Translations under genes and position numbers: made by a program
In this document: in pieces, positions 34,152 through 44,160 of the stretch
Numbering within the stretch: the first letter of the stretch is position 1
Layout: the number at the start of each line of letters is the position of its first letter
Notes under the pieces: generated by a model
Told to the model about the DNA's origin: nothing
Database searches by the model: none
The model's input: only the letters and a program-made list of their open reading frames with translations
Virus record (IMG/VR): IMGVR_UViG_3300037151_000031
Coordinates: 1 to 58,512 of that record
DNA length: 58,512 nucleotides
Direction: 5' to 3' (one strand)
Source of the DNA: a virus
Taxonomy: Duplodnaviria; Caudoviricetes

Positions 34152-36165
34152 CGATCTCCCCGGCCTTCATCATGTGTGCGGTCGCTGCCTTGTCGTGGTC
34201 GGCGGCGACAGCCAGGTGCTTCTTCGCCGCGGTGTCGTTCCCAAGACGGGCATGGCGCGCCGCGAGCATCCGTCGCTCGACCGATGCGTGGGCGTGCGCG
34301 GTCGCTGCCTCGAGGTGTGATTCCGGCTCGGCGCTCGCATCGGCTGCAGTGCTGAAGAGCGCAGCGTCGCGGCTCGACGCAGAGGCGCGCTGCTCGGCGA
34401 GCTTACCCCGGTCGCGCGGCTGTTTCGGGTCGTGCGCGTCGGCGGAGTCCTTGCCCGCTTTGCTCTTGGCCTTCGTCTTCGGGACTGGGCGTAGCTTGGA
34501 CGGCGTGCCCTCCGTCGCGACGGGCACTTTGCCGCCGGCCTTCGCTGGGGGCATTCCGCCGCCGAGCAGCGGCATCGGCACTTGCGGGCCACCGATGGGC
34601 TCGCCTTGGCCCGAGCCGCTCACTGCGGCCGATCCTGTCGGGCTGACAGGGCCAGCGCCGAAGGCGCCCTTCGCCGGTCCCGCTCCGCCCCCGGGGCCAG
34701 TGGGCTTCGGCTCGGGGTCGTTTGGATATGGCTCGAAGCTCTTCTGCGCCTTGAGCACCTCCTCGCGCGCCTCGACGTCCAGGTTCGGGTACGTGTCGCC
34801 CAAGTCGACGGCGACCTCCTCCGGCTTCACGACGTCGGTCTGCAGGTAGATCTGGTCGCGCTTGGCAATCGTGTAGCTCGTCGCCGCCGTCTCCGCGTCG
34901 GTCGGCAGCCAGAGAGGCTTGTGGTGGATCTTGAATCGAAGGTCTTTGCCGCCCTTGACGGGACCCTGCTTGCTCATCGCGAGTAGCCGGTAGATGCGTT
35001 TCAACTTCGGCGTGAGGTCGACTTCCTGCTCGCTCGCGATCGTGTCGTACCAGGCGCGCGTGTCGGAGTCCCCGGTCGCGTTCAGCCCCGCGGGAGCTCG
35101 CCCGAAGAGCCTGGTCGCCGGCATGTCGGCCGCGCACGCAAGGCGCAGCATCATGCGGTCGATGATCTCCGCGATACCGCCGAGCGGCGTCGGGACGCGC
35201 GTGAATGATTCCGGAGCGTGGTTCGCGTCCCCAGCGTCGAGCGCGATGCCTCGCATGACGCTGCGCGAGTACTCCATCAGCGCGAGCCGGTCCGCGAAGG
35301 CGCCACGCTGGCCGCTCGTGATGGCCTTCAGCAGGCCCTGGAGCACGAAGACACCCTGACTCGCATCGGCGAGCAGGTATCCAACGCTGTCGAACGCGTG
35401 CTCGAACTGGCGCATGGCATCGTAGACGCGCTGCAACACGGACCACGTCCAGCCGGCGAGCGTCTGCCGCGTCACGATGTCGGTGTCGTTCCCGTCGAAG
35501 CGGATGACCCGCGACTCGTGGACGAGCGACGCCATGCCGCCCTCCTTCACGATCTGCCAGCCCGTCTTCTTCTCGAGCGGCCCGTGGCTATTCCAGCCGG
35601 AGACCGCGACGGCATTCGAGATCATGTAGATCTCCGGCAGTCCGTACTTCGCGCGGTTCATCGACGAGTACTGGCTCTGCACGTACGCGTACCGGCGGTC
35701 GACGAGCGAGATGCTGTCGAAGCTGCGGATGTTCTCCTCGTCGAGCGGCTCCCACGGATAGCCGCCATCGTTGATGTTCAGCAGCAGCAGGCAGCCGCCG
35801 TACTGCCGACCCCAGCGCATCCCCTCCTTCATGTTCGTGTCGAGGTCCATCTCCTCGGTCGCGAACTCCCTCAGATCATCGGTCTGGCTCGCCGAGAGCC
35901 CGTCGCACTCGATGTCGTACCCGCGGCGGAACATCTCGATGGGCCGCTGGTCGACAATCTTGGCCGCTATGTCCGAGCCGTTGTGGAGGCTGGTCAGCTC
36001 TTGGTCTAAAATTCGATTGACCGGGAAGAAACGGCCATGCCTTGTTTTGTCTGCCGATGAGCCGATGCCGGTCGCGTAGTTCTTCCAAGAATCGCTGTGT
36101 TGCTCGCGCTCCGGCGACGCCTCCATAGGCCGTCCAAACCGGTCCACCAGCACGGGAATCACCAT
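34132..36165 (-). CDS. portal protein (DUF1073-type) with long C-terminal extension
   Basis: WGRQYGG, VHESRVIRFDG, SVLQR, ADMPATRLFGRAPAGLNATGDSD..WYD. Confidence 0.88.
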   Translation of the reverse strand: MVIPVLVDRFGRPMEASPEREQHSDSWKNYATGIGSSADKTRHGRFFPVNRILDQELTSLHNGSDIAAKIVDQRPIEMFRRGYDIECDGLSASQTDDLREFATEEMDLDTNMKEGMRWGRQYGGCLLLLNINDGGYPWEPLDEENIRSFDSISLVDRRYAYVQSQYSSMNRAKYGLPEIYMISNAVAVSGWNSHGPLEKKTGWQIVKEGGMASLVHESRVIRFDGNDTDIVTRQTLAGWTWSVLQRVYDAMRQFEHAFDSVGYLLADASQGVFVLQGLLKAITSGQRGAFADRLALMEYSRSVMRGIALDAGDANHAPESFTRVPTPLGGIAEIIDRMMLRLACAADMPATRLFGRAPAGLNATGDSDTRAWYDTIASEQEVDLTPKLKRIYRLLAMSKQGPVKGGKDLRFKIHHKPLWLPTDAETAATSYTIAKRDQIYLQTDVVKPEEVAVDLGDTYPNLDVEAREEVLKAQKSFEPYPNDPEPKPTGPGGGAGPAKGAFGAGPVSPTGSAAVSGSGQGEPIGGPQVPMPLLGGGMPPAKAGGKVPVATEGTPSKLRPVPKTKAKSKAGKDSADAHDPKQPRDRGKLAEQRASASSRDAALFSTAADASAEPESHLEAATAHAHASVERRMLAARHARLGNDTAAKKHLAVAADHDKAATAHMMKAGEIGGGSGD

Positions 36166-36209
36166 GAGGCAAAAGGTAGCCTTGAGGCCCGCGCTCCTAC
36201 CTTGGACGC
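36166..36209. promoter_or_regulatory. back-to-back late promoters (CTACCTT on both strands)
   Basis: CTACCTT at 36179-36173 (minus, 7 nt before the portal ATG) and 36197-36203 (plus, 6 nt before ATG 36210). Confidence 0.65.
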
Positions 36210-37502
36210 ATGGCAGAAGAGCGCGTTCTTCGGTTCGATAGGTCGGCGATCTCCAAGACTCGGCAAGGCCCATCGGGCGGCCTCATTGTCTCGGGAAACC
36301 TGCGCCGCACCGGCGTTCTCGAGTATCGGCTCGCGGACGGCTCGACGCGACGCGAGCTCGTGCATCCTGACGAGGCCTTCCATGCCGACGCGCGCGAGAG
36401 CTTCAAGGGAGCCCCGATCACGGAGGACCATCCTGGGCGCGTAGACCCGTCGAACTGGGCAGCCCACGCCGTCGGCCACGTGGGGGACACGCCGACCCAA
36501 GACGGGCGCTTTCTTCGGGCCGAGCTCCACATCCAAGACGGCAAGACGATCCAGAAGGTGAAGTCGAAGCAGCTGCAGGAGATCTCCTGCGGATACGAGT
36601 GCGGCATCGACCCCACGCCCGGTGAGTGGAACGGGCAGAAATACGACTGCGTACAGACGAATCCGATCGGCAATCACGTCGCGCTCGGACCGGCCGGATG
36701 GGGCCGCGCGGGGCCTGAAGTCAGCCTTCACATGGATGGCGGAGTCAGCACGACTGTCGACGAAGTCGGCGAGACACACGTGGATGCTCCCGCTCTCAAC
36801 GAAGATCAGGAAACGGTCAAACCTACCTTCGCGGGCATGACCGAAGAAGAGAAAGCGCGTCTCGCTAAACTCGAGGCTGATCTGAAGTCGAAGGATGAGG
36901 AGCTCGCAGCGCTTCGCGCCGACTCCGCCAAAGCGACCACGGCAGCCGAAAAGGCCGTCGCAGACGCCAAGGAACTCGAGGTGCTCCGCGCCAAGACCCA
37001 GTTGCTCGAGGCCCAGGCGGCTCGATTCGACGAGGCCAAGAACGAGCTGGAGAACCAGGCTCGTCAGGACTCGACGATCAACGAGATCGTCAGCCTTCGC
37101 GAGATGGCCCGCAAGGTCTTCTCGACATCGAAGGACCCGTCGGGCGCGAAGTGGAAGGCGGACGGCAAGAAGCCGGACGACATCCGCCGAGAGGTCCTCG
37201 CGGTCATCGAGCCGAACTTCAAGCTCGTCAAGCAGGACGGCACGGCCCTCGACGGCGACGCGCTTGACGCCGTCTATCGCCAGGCCATCGACCACGCGGC
37301 ACGCGTCGACACGGCACGCGGCGCAGCCCATCACGCGGCGGCTGGACCCCGCGTCGACGGGAAGAAGAAGGACGAAGACGAGGACGACGACATGGAAATG
37401 GACGCCGCCAAGGCGCGCAAGGACATGATCAAGCGCGACAAGGCTCGTTACGTCTCCGCAGTCGATCGCAAGGACCGCATGTTTCAGAAAGGGGCACGCT
37501 GA
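36210..37502 (+). CDS. DUF2213 prohead protease/scaffold
   Basis: [30 protein letters not shown]...GRAG; coiled-coil C-terminal half. Confidence 0.88.
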   Translation: MAEERVLRFDRSAISKTRQGPSGGLIVSGNLRRTGVLEYRLADGSTRRELVHPDEAFHADARESFKGAPITEDHPGRVDPSNWAAHAVGHVGDTPTQDGRFLRAELHIQDGKTIQKVKSKQLQEISCGYECGIDPTPGEWNGQKYDCVQTNPIGNHVALGPAGWGRAGPEVSLHMDGGVSTTVDEVGETHVDAPALNEDQETVKPTFAGMTEEEKARLAKLEADLKSKDEELAALRADSAKATTAAEKAVADAKELEVLRAKTQLLEAQAARFDEAKNELENQARQDSTINEIVSLREMARKVFSTSKDPSGAKWKADGKKPDDIRREVLAVIEPNFKLVKQDGTALDGDALDAVYRQAIDHAARVDTARGAAHHAAAGPRVDGKKKDEDEDDDMEMDAAKARKDMIKRDKARYVSAVDRKDRMFQKGAR

Positions 37503-38092
37503 TGCCGCAGACAAGCATTCCGCAGAACGCGATTGCCGGTCAGCCAGGCATGGCGTTCGACCTCGAGGCCAGCAATCGCGACGTCGTGTCGCGCATCGCC
37601 GCGGTCGCCATTCCGTTCGGTGTCTACTGCGAGTTGAACGGGGCAGGCCTGCTCGTTCCCATGCAGGACTCCACGACCGGGACGAACTTCAACCCGAGCG
37701 CGTTCGGCATCTCGCTCTTCGACCCGCTCGGCGTCGAAGAGAACTACGTGACGTTCCCCGTCCCCGCATCGACGGCCGGCTCGTCGTCCAGCGGCTACCT
37801 GAAGGGTCAGTCGGTCCCCGTCATGCGCAAGGGTCGCATCTGGGCCGCGACCGACGGCGGCGGCGTTGCGACGCGCTCCGGCCCAATCAACGTCGAGCAC
37901 TCCTCGACGGGCGCGCACAGCCAGGGCGTGTTCACCTTCTCGGCAGTGTCCGCGGTCTCGGGCAACGAGATCGACATCGCGCCGAGCGTCACGGTCTACA
38001 ACCCTGACCTCCTCTACGGCGGAACGGGTCAAGCGATGACGGACGTCTTCGGCAATACGTACAACTCGATTCCGGTGGAGATCAACCTCTGA
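37502..38092 (+). CDS. head decoration/cement protein
   Basis: Between protease and major capsid; AIPFG, VPVMRKGRIW. Confidence 0.7.
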   Translation: MPQTSIPQNAIAGQPGMAFDLEASNRDVVSRIAAVAIPFGVYCELNGAGLLVPMQDSTTGTNFNPSAFGISLFDPLGVEENYVTFPVPASTAGSSSSGYLKGQSVPVMRKGRIWAATDGGGVATRSGPINVEHSSTGAHSQGVFTFSAVSAVSGNEIDIAPSVTVYNPDLLYGGTGQAMTDVFGNTYNSIPVEINL

Positions 38093-39195
38093 TGAACACT
38101 TCACCGCTTTCTACGGTCAACGGCGTCAGCATGTGGGCCGGCGGCTCCGGTGGATTCAACCCCGCCGCCGGGCTCCTTCATTGCGACAGCGTTGATGACC
38201 TCCACGCCTATGTCCGTCACCAGTTCGGCTGGAAGATGGACGCGGGACAGACGTTCGCATTTGCTCGAGAGCTCGAGCACATCATGTCGAAGGTCTACCA
38301 GGCCAAGTACGCCAAGTACCGCGCCAAGGAGTTCTTCCCGATCAACAGCGAAGTCGACCCCGGCGCGCTGTCCTACACGTACCGGATGTCGCAGCGCTTC
38401 GGGAATGCCGCGATCATCAACAACGGCAACGCGAAGGATCTCCCCAATGCGGACGTGGGCGGCGAGGAGTTCCAGGCGCCGGTCGTTACGCTCGGAGTCT
38501 CCTACAACTTCAACGTCATCAACCAGATGTCCGCCTCGATGGCGAACATCCCGCTTGAGGCCTTGAAGGCGGACGCTGCTCGTCAGGCCATCGAGGCCCT
38601 CGAGGAGCAGATCTTCGCTCTCGGCTCTTCTGCCGCTGGCGTCGCTGGCATCACGAACCTCCCAGGCATGGTCGCGACGACCAAGGTCTCGACAGGCACG
38701 TGGGCCGCTCAGGTAGCAGCCGCCGCAACAACGGCAGCCCTGTCGTCGACGCTCGTCGGTGCGCTCGCATCCGACCTCAACGCGATGGCCAACACCATCA
38801 TCCAGAGCAACGGCCACTTCGAGGCGACCGACTGCCTCCTTCCGGTCAACCTCTACTCGCTGCTCAAGACGATCCCGCAGTCCACGCTGTTCAACAGCAA
38901 GAGCCTGCTGACCTTCCTCGAGGAGCAGACCGGCCTCCATTTCGACTACTGGCCGATCCTGCTCAACGCAGGCGCGGTCCCCGGCAGCGTGGCCACTGGG
39001 TATCCAGGCGGCGCCTACACCCGCATCATGGTCTACGACCGCGATCCCGAGGTGGCGTCGCTCGTCATTCCGCAGCCGTTCACTCAGCTCGCCCCGCAAA
39101 TCACCGCGCTCGTGTGGGAAGTGCCATGCTTCTCGCGCATCGGTGGGGCATTTAGTCCCCAACCCTTGGGGATTACTTACCTTGATGGCGCCTAG
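38092..39195 (+). CDS. major capsid protein (DUF2184-type)
   Basis: FARELEHI, GITNLP, RIMVYDRDP, SRIGG..PLGITYLDG. Confidence 0.85.
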   Translation: MNTSPLSTVNGVSMWAGGSGGFNPAAGLLHCDSVDDLHAYVRHQFGWKMDAGQTFAFARELEHIMSKVYQAKYAKYRAKEFFPINSEVDPGALSYTYRMSQRFGNAAIINNGNAKDLPNADVGGEEFQAPVVTLGVSYNFNVINQMSASMANIPLEALKADAARQAIEALEEQIFALGSSAAGVAGITNLPGMVATTKVSTGTWAAQVAAAATTAALSSTLVGALASDLNAMANTIIQSNGHFEATDCLLPVNLYSLLKTIPQSTLFNSKSLLTFLEEQTGLHFDYWPILLNAGAVPGSVATGYPGGAYTRIMVYDRDPEVASLVIPQPFTQLAPQITALVWEVPCFSRIGGAFSPQPLGITYLDGA

Positions 39196-39308
39196 AAGTA
39201 GGCGTAATCATTAGGGTTTTCGGAGTGTTGTTGCACCAAGCGGACAGCGGCCATCCTCGCGAAGGTCAAGCTGGCCGCTGGGATGTCCTTCGACGCTACC
39301 TTCGCCGC

Positions 39309-39503
39309 ATGAAAGCACACGCCGTTCGGATCCCTTCGCGCCGTGAGCGGCGTGCGTTGGCGAAGCAGCACAACGAGCCCTTCGCGCCGCTTTACAATGG
39401 CGGCGGGTATCGTCTCGCTAGCGACGTGGCGCGACCCTTTGCGCCGCTGGCGTCGCTGCTTTCCGAGGTCGAAAAGCAGAACCTCGCACGGAGGCCAGCA
39501 TGA
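39309..39503 (+). CDS. small basic protein
   Basis: CTACCTT 6 nt before ATG; SRRERRALAK. Confidence 0.5.
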   Translation: MKAHAVRIPSRRERRALAKQHNEPFAPLYNGGGYRLASDVARPFAPLASLLSEVEKQNLARRPA

Positions 39504-39757
39504 GCGAGCTTTACGCGAACTCGGAACCCATCACGATCTCGTCGGTGGACTGGGTGCCAACGGCTCCGTACACGCGCACGAGTGCGGTGCTCTGCATCAC
39601 GGGCGGCATCCTCTACTGCGACTTCCTGGGTACTGCGACGGGCACGGTTGGGAACACCAACCAGGGCATCACGATGACGACTGGACAGGTGCTACCTCTC
39701 GCGATCCTGAAGGCGCGACACGCCAGTAGTACTGGGACGTACTTGGCCCTGTACTAG
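39500..39757 (+). CDS. small virion protein
   Basis: Beta-rich; GQVLPL...TGTY..ALY; GGAGG RBS. Confidence 0.55.
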   Translation: MSELYANSEPITISSVDWVPTAPYTRTSAVLCITGGILYCDFLGTATGTVGNTNQGITMTTGQVLPLAILKARHASSTGTYLALY

Positions 39758-39789
39758 GCCTTTCCCGTGCGTACTGCTACCTTCGCATC

Positions 39790-40188
39790 ATGAACGATAC
39801 AGCCGTCACCACCGACCCGAAGTCGAAGAAAGCCAGTCCCGCCGTAGAGGCTCCGCCGAAGAAAGAGAAGGGGCCGCCACCGTCTGGGCACGCATTCATG
39901 CGAGCCATTGTCGGCCAGGAGTTCGCCGCGGACAATGAGTCGATCAGCCCGCGTCATGCGGCGTTCCTCGCTGCGTACGCGTCGATGGTGAAGCCGGAGG
40001 TCGACGCAATGACGACCGACGAGGCGCGGCTTTGGGTGAAGATCTGGCGTCAGCAAAACCCGGGCGCGTGGCGCGCTTCTCGCGGCGGCGATTCTCACGG
40101 GTTCAGCCGGCAGGCGCCTTTCGGAGACGTCGAGCGCAAGGACTTCCTTGCGTTCCAGAAGCTCGTCTCTGACCTGTTCAACTACTGA
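39790..40188 (+). CDS. hypothetical late protein
   Basis: CTACCTT 6 nt before ATG. Confidence 0.55.
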   Translation: MNDTAVTTDPKSKKASPAVEAPPKKEKGPPPSGHAFMRAIVGQEFAADNESISPRHAAFLAAYASMVKPEVDAMTTDEARLWVKIWRQQNPGAWRASRGGDSHGFSRQAPFGDVERKDFLAFQKLVSDLFNY

Positions 40189-40194
40189 GCCCCA

Positions 40195-40785
40195 ATGACC
40201 CCGGCGACGTTCTTTCAGCTCTTCCCGGAGTTCGCGGAGACAAGCCCGAACGTCGTAAGCGGGAAGCTGATGCTCGCCGCCGTCGAGATGGGCGGACCTG
40301 ACTTCTCGGTCTGGCCGCAGTTTGCCAGCACGAGCCAGCAGGGGCTGCCCATCACGCCACTGTCGGTCGGGGACCTGGCCCACGGGTACCTGGCCGCGCA
40401 TCTGCTGCAGAGCACGGCGTTCGGCACGGAGACGATGCTCCAGCCGACGCAGGAGACGACATACGGCCGGAAGTTCGACGAGCTCATGAGGTCGGTCGCT
40501 GGCGGGATGGTCGTCGCGGGGCTCGGGCTGGGGAGTCCAGCGGGCCCGGCGCCCGGGTTCGTCCTCGAGCCTGGCTCTGGCACCGTGACGCTCGTGAACG
40601 GTTCGCTGAACGTCACCTTCTCGATCCCGCAGTCGTTGGGAGCGGGGACGGTGATGGCCTTCGTCGGGCTCCAGCCGGGCGCGCTGTACGCCTTGGCGGC
40701 GAACGTGGACGGCACCAGCGGTACGCTCACGGCGCCGTACACGGGCACGTCGGGCGCTTCCAGCTGGAACGTCCAACAGACCTGA
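40195..40785 (+). CDS. head-tail adaptor (DUF4054-like) with C-terminal beta-domain
   Basis: FFQLFPEF, YLAAHLL, TTYGRKF. Confidence 0.75.
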   Translation: MTPATFFQLFPEFAETSPNVVSGKLMLAAVEMGGPDFSVWPQFASTSQQGLPITPLSVGDLAHGYLAAHLLQSTAFGTETMLQPTQETTYGRKFDELMRSVAGGMVVAGLGLGSPAGPAPGFVLEPGSGTVTLVNGSLNVTFSIPQSLGAGTVMAFVGLQPGALYALAANVDGTSGTLTAPYTGTSGASSWNVQQT

Positions 40786-40891
40786 GCTACGGTCCGCTGC
40801 TCCTGGTGACGGTGCGGGCCGGCGGACGCGAGGACGTGGTGTGCTCGCGTCCGTTCGGTTTTTGTGGCGGGTTGGAGGCTACCTTTGCCGC

Positions 40892-41410
40892 GTGCCTGGA
40901 ACGCGCATCGAGGACAAGGATCGAGGCTACAAGGCCCTGGTCGAGCGCCTGTACGGCATGGCGAAAGAGAAGCCGGTCGTCCGCGTCGGGCTGCTCGCAA
41001 AGGATGGCGACCGCCCGTATGTCCGGAAGGCCGATCAGGCCTCGAATGACAACGGTGCCGACGAGGCAATCACCATCCTCCAGGTCGGGATCTTCAACGA
41101 GTTCGGCACGGACAGGATCCCAGAGCGCAGCTTCATCCGCGCGTGGTTCGACGAGCACCAGGCCGAGATCCGCGACAAGTTCACGGTGCTGATGAAGTCC
41201 GTCGTGCGTGGCGACCGGACGAAGGAGCAGATCCTCGACATCATCGGTCTCTGGTGCGTCGGCAGCATCCAGCAGCGGATCTCTGCGGGCATCGGGCCGG
41301 AGAACGCCGAGAGCACGGTCAAGGCGAAGGGGAAGGGGAGCTCGACACCTCTCGTGGACACCGGATCGTTGCGATCAAGTATCAGCTACGAGATTGGGGG
41401 CGGCGGATGA
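40892..41410 (+). CDS. neck/tail completion protein
   Basis: VRVGL, NEFG..IPERSFIR, PLVDTGSLRSSI. Confidence 0.75.
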   Translation: MPGTRIEDKDRGYKALVERLYGMAKEKPVVRVGLLAKDGDRPYVRKADQASNDNGADEAITILQVGIFNEFGTDRIPERSFIRAWFDEHQAEIRDKFTVLMKSVVRGDRTKEQILDIIGLWCVGSIQQRISAGIGPENAESTVKAKGKGSSTPLVDTGSLRSSISYEIGGGG

Positions 41411-41979
41411 CGCAGCAGAACCCATTCGTTCCCGGCGAGATCTTCCCCGAGGAGCAATTCCTCAAGATCCTGACGCTGGCGTCTGGCGTCCAGGTCGTAT
41501 GGAGGGCATCGAAGCGGCCTCACCTCGGGCAGGCTGCGGGAGGGGTCGCCGCGTGGATCGAGGTCTTCGACACGGGTAGCGAGGACGTCGGGCGGGACGA
41601 GCGACGGGTGCAACCGAATCCGGCGACGTCTCCCCCTCAGCAGAGCGCCATCACGATCGGGCATCGCCACGTGACTCTCTCGTGCATGGCGTACAGCCTG
41701 ACGAAGACGCTCAAGGCGAGAGACGTGCTCGCGCGCCTTCGGTTCGGCTTCAACCGGGCGGCCGTGCACGACCTCATGCAGCCGAACATCTCGCTTCGCT
41801 GGTGCGAGCGGATCACGAATCTGCCGGAAGCGGAGGCGAACGGGCGCACCATCTGGAAGGCACACATGGACGTGCAAATGAACCACGTCGTGTCCGCCGA
41901 CACGCTGGATCCGTCGGTCGAGGGGTACGCCCTCTCGGTCAACGGGGGCGGCTTCACTCCGGGGGCGCTGGACCCGTAG
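41407..41979 (+). CDS. probable tail terminator/neck protein
   Basis: Position and size just before the sheath. Confidence 0.55.
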   Translation: MTQQNPFVPGEIFPEEQFLKILTLASGVQVVWRASKRPHLGQAAGGVAAWIEVFDTGSEDVGRDERRVQPNPATSPPQQSAITIGHRHVTLSCMAYSLTKTLKARDVLARLRFGFNRAAVHDLMQPNISLRWCERITNLPEAEANGRTIWKAHMDVQMNHVVSADTLDPSVEGYALSVNGGGFTPGALDP

Positions 41980-42054
41980 AGAGAAACGCCTCTCACCTAC
42001 CTTCGCGGGCATGACCGAGGCAGAAACTTGGGCGGCTAGCGGGCGGTGCGGCCG

Positions 42055-44160
42055 ATGAGTCTCTCCGACTTCGTCGAGAGTACTCTCGCAATCTCGGACG
42101 CAAGCTCTCCGACCGTTCAGAGCCTCAACGTTGGGCTCATCGCCGCGTATCACACGCAATACCCGGCGCGGGTGAAGGTCTACAGCACTTCGTCCGTACT
42201 GACTGAGCTCGTCGCCGATGGCTTCGAGACGTACAGTCCGGTCTACAAGGCGGCAGAGGCTTACGCGGCGGCTCCCAATGCCCCTGCGCTTTTCGCGGTC
42301 GGTCGCCGCGCGCTGGCACCGACGCAGACGCTCCAACTCGCGTGTACGGACGGAACGGTCGGCGACGCGTACGCCTTCACGCTTGTCGGCTCTGGCGGTG
42401 TCGCGAGTCAGCTGAACTACACCAACGTGATCAACCCCGGCGTCGGAATCGACGGCTCCGGCATCACGCTCGCCGGCGACGTCACGCTGGTGCCTGGCTC
42501 GGAGGCGGTGACCTTCGCCAGCGCGCAGACGCTCACGGAGGGCGAGCTCCTCACGTTCTCGGCTCAGCCCACGGTCACCTACGAAGTCGCTGCGGCCACG
42601 ACAGCATCGACGGCCGCAACGCTGACGGCTCCGTACTGGGGCGCGGCGAGCTCGGTCGCGACGACGACGGTGGCCGATCGCACGTCGGTCACCAATGGCC
42701 TGACCACGGTCACGTTCTCGGGGCCGCAGACGCTCGCCAAGGGCTCTCTCCTGATGTTCGAGAGTCAGCCCGGCGTGTACTACGCGCTCGCCGCGCTCGT
42801 CTCTTCCTCGACATCCGGCACGCTCACTACGGCGTACTCCGGCACGACGAACGCAGCGACGCCGACCACGGCGGTCGCGGCGCTCGCGGGTACGTTCGAC
42901 GTCATCAACGGAAGCGCCACGGTCGCGACGACCTCGAGCCAGGTCGCCGGCGTCAATCCGGGCGACAGCCTCCAGTTCTCGACGCAGCTCGGAACGTACT
43001 ACACGGTCGAAGCCGTCACCGCGTCGGCGGTCACGCTCACCTCGCCGTACTCCGGCGTGACGACCACACTGGGATACGCCTCGAACGTCTGCACGGTCTC
43101 GACGGCCGCGGCATATCTCGCATACCTCATCGGCCTCCTGGGGAGCGCGACGGTTCCCAACAACATCGGCACGGTCTCGGTCATCAATAGCCCGGCGCCT
43201 GCATTCCCGACCGTGCTGAAGCTCGTGCAGGTCGCCGGCGCGTTGAACGACGTCCAGTCGTGGGTCGCGAACGGCTTCCACAACATCCAGGTCCAAGACG
43301 TCACGACCGACCCCGGCATCGCGTCCGACCTGGCTGCGATGATCGCCGCCGACAGTGCAGCCTTCTACGGCGTCTTCCTCGACAGCAACTCGCAGGCTGA
43401 GATCGAAGCCGCGGCCGAGCTCATTGAGGCGACGGGCACGGGCGGCAAGACGTTCTGGGGCAACACGAGTGACTACCAGAACACGCTGAGCTCGGTCACC
43501 ACGGACGTCTTCAGCGAGCTCGAGCTCCTGACGCTCAACCGCTCCTTCGTCCAGCAGAACGACCAGCAGCTGCTCTGCTTTGCGGGCGCGGCGACGTGCG
43601 GGCAGGCGCTCGCGATGAACCCTGGCAGCTACACGCTCGCCTACAAGAGTCTCCCCCTCGTCCCGGCAGACAGCGACACGACTCTCACCGAGGGCCAAGC
43701 GCTCGTCATCAACTCGATGACCGCGTCGAACCCAGGCCCCGGCGGCAAGAAGGGGAACTACTACAAGACCGTCGCCGGGCAGAATTGGCTCTGGCCAGGG
43801 TGCGCTCCGTCCGGTCAGTTCTTCGACCTCACCATCGGGATGGACTCGCTGGCGTTGGCGATTCAGCAGGCCGTCGCGGCCACGCTCGCCGGGCTACCGA
43901 AGGTGCCGTTCGATGACTTCGGGCTGCAACTGCTCGGAAGCGCCATCTACGGCGTGCTCGTCCTCTACTCGACGAGCCAATACAACTTCATCCTCCCGAA
44001 CGGACAGGACCCGGCGAGGCCCATCCAGGTCAACACGCCCACGGCCGCGAGCCTCACGTCCGCGCAGCGCGCGAGCCGCGACGTGACCGGCTTCTCGTGG
44101 TCCGCCGGTCTCCAAGGCGCGATTCAGAACGCGGTGCTCAACGGGAAGCTGATTCCATGA
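42055..44160 (+). CDS. tail sheath protein (DUF3383-like) with three inserted beta-domains
   Basis: PVYKAAEAY, PGSYTLAYKSL, KVPFDDFGLQ, AGLQGAI. Confidence 0.8.
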   Translation: MSLSDFVESTLAISDASSPTVQSLNVGLIAAYHTQYPARVKVYSTSSVLTELVADGFETYSPVYKAAEAYAAAPNAPALFAVGRRALAPTQTLQLACTDGTVGDAYAFTLVGSGGVASQLNYTNVINPGVGIDGSGITLAGDVTLVPGSEAVTFASAQTLTEGELLTFSAQPTVTYEVAAATTASTAATLTAPYWGAASSVATTTVADRTSVTNGLTTVTFSGPQTLAKGSLLMFESQPGVYYALAALVSSSTSGTLTTAYSGTTNAATPTTAVAALAGTFDVINGSATVATTSSQVAGVNPGDSLQFSTQLGTYYTVEAVTASAVTLTSPYSGVTTTLGYASNVCTVSTAAAYLAYLIGLLGSATVPNNIGTVSVINSPAPAFPTVLKLVQVAGALNDVQSWVANGFHNIQVQDVTTDPGIASDLAAMIAADSAAFYGVFLDSNSQAEIEAAAELIEATGTGGKTFWGNTSDYQNTLSSVTTDVFSELELLTLNRSFVQQNDQQLLCFAGAATCGQALAMNPGSYTLAYKSLPLVPADSDTTLTEGQALVINSMTASNPGPGGKKGNYYKTVAGQNWLWPGCAPSGQFFDLTIGMDSLALAIQQAVAATLAGLPKVPFDDFGLQLLGSAIYGVLVLYSTSQYNFILPNGQDPARPIQVNTPTAASLTSAQRASRDVTGFSWSAGLQGAIQNAVLNGKLIP

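Noticed and set aside
34132-36165. Anti-CBASS Acb1 nuclease (a label sometimes given to DUF1073 proteins)
   Set aside because: No pair of HxT phosphoesterase motifs was recognised; context indicates a portal.
41386-43698. 770-aa antisense ORF
   Set aside because: Mirror of the sheath and neck genes caused by GC-rich codon bias.
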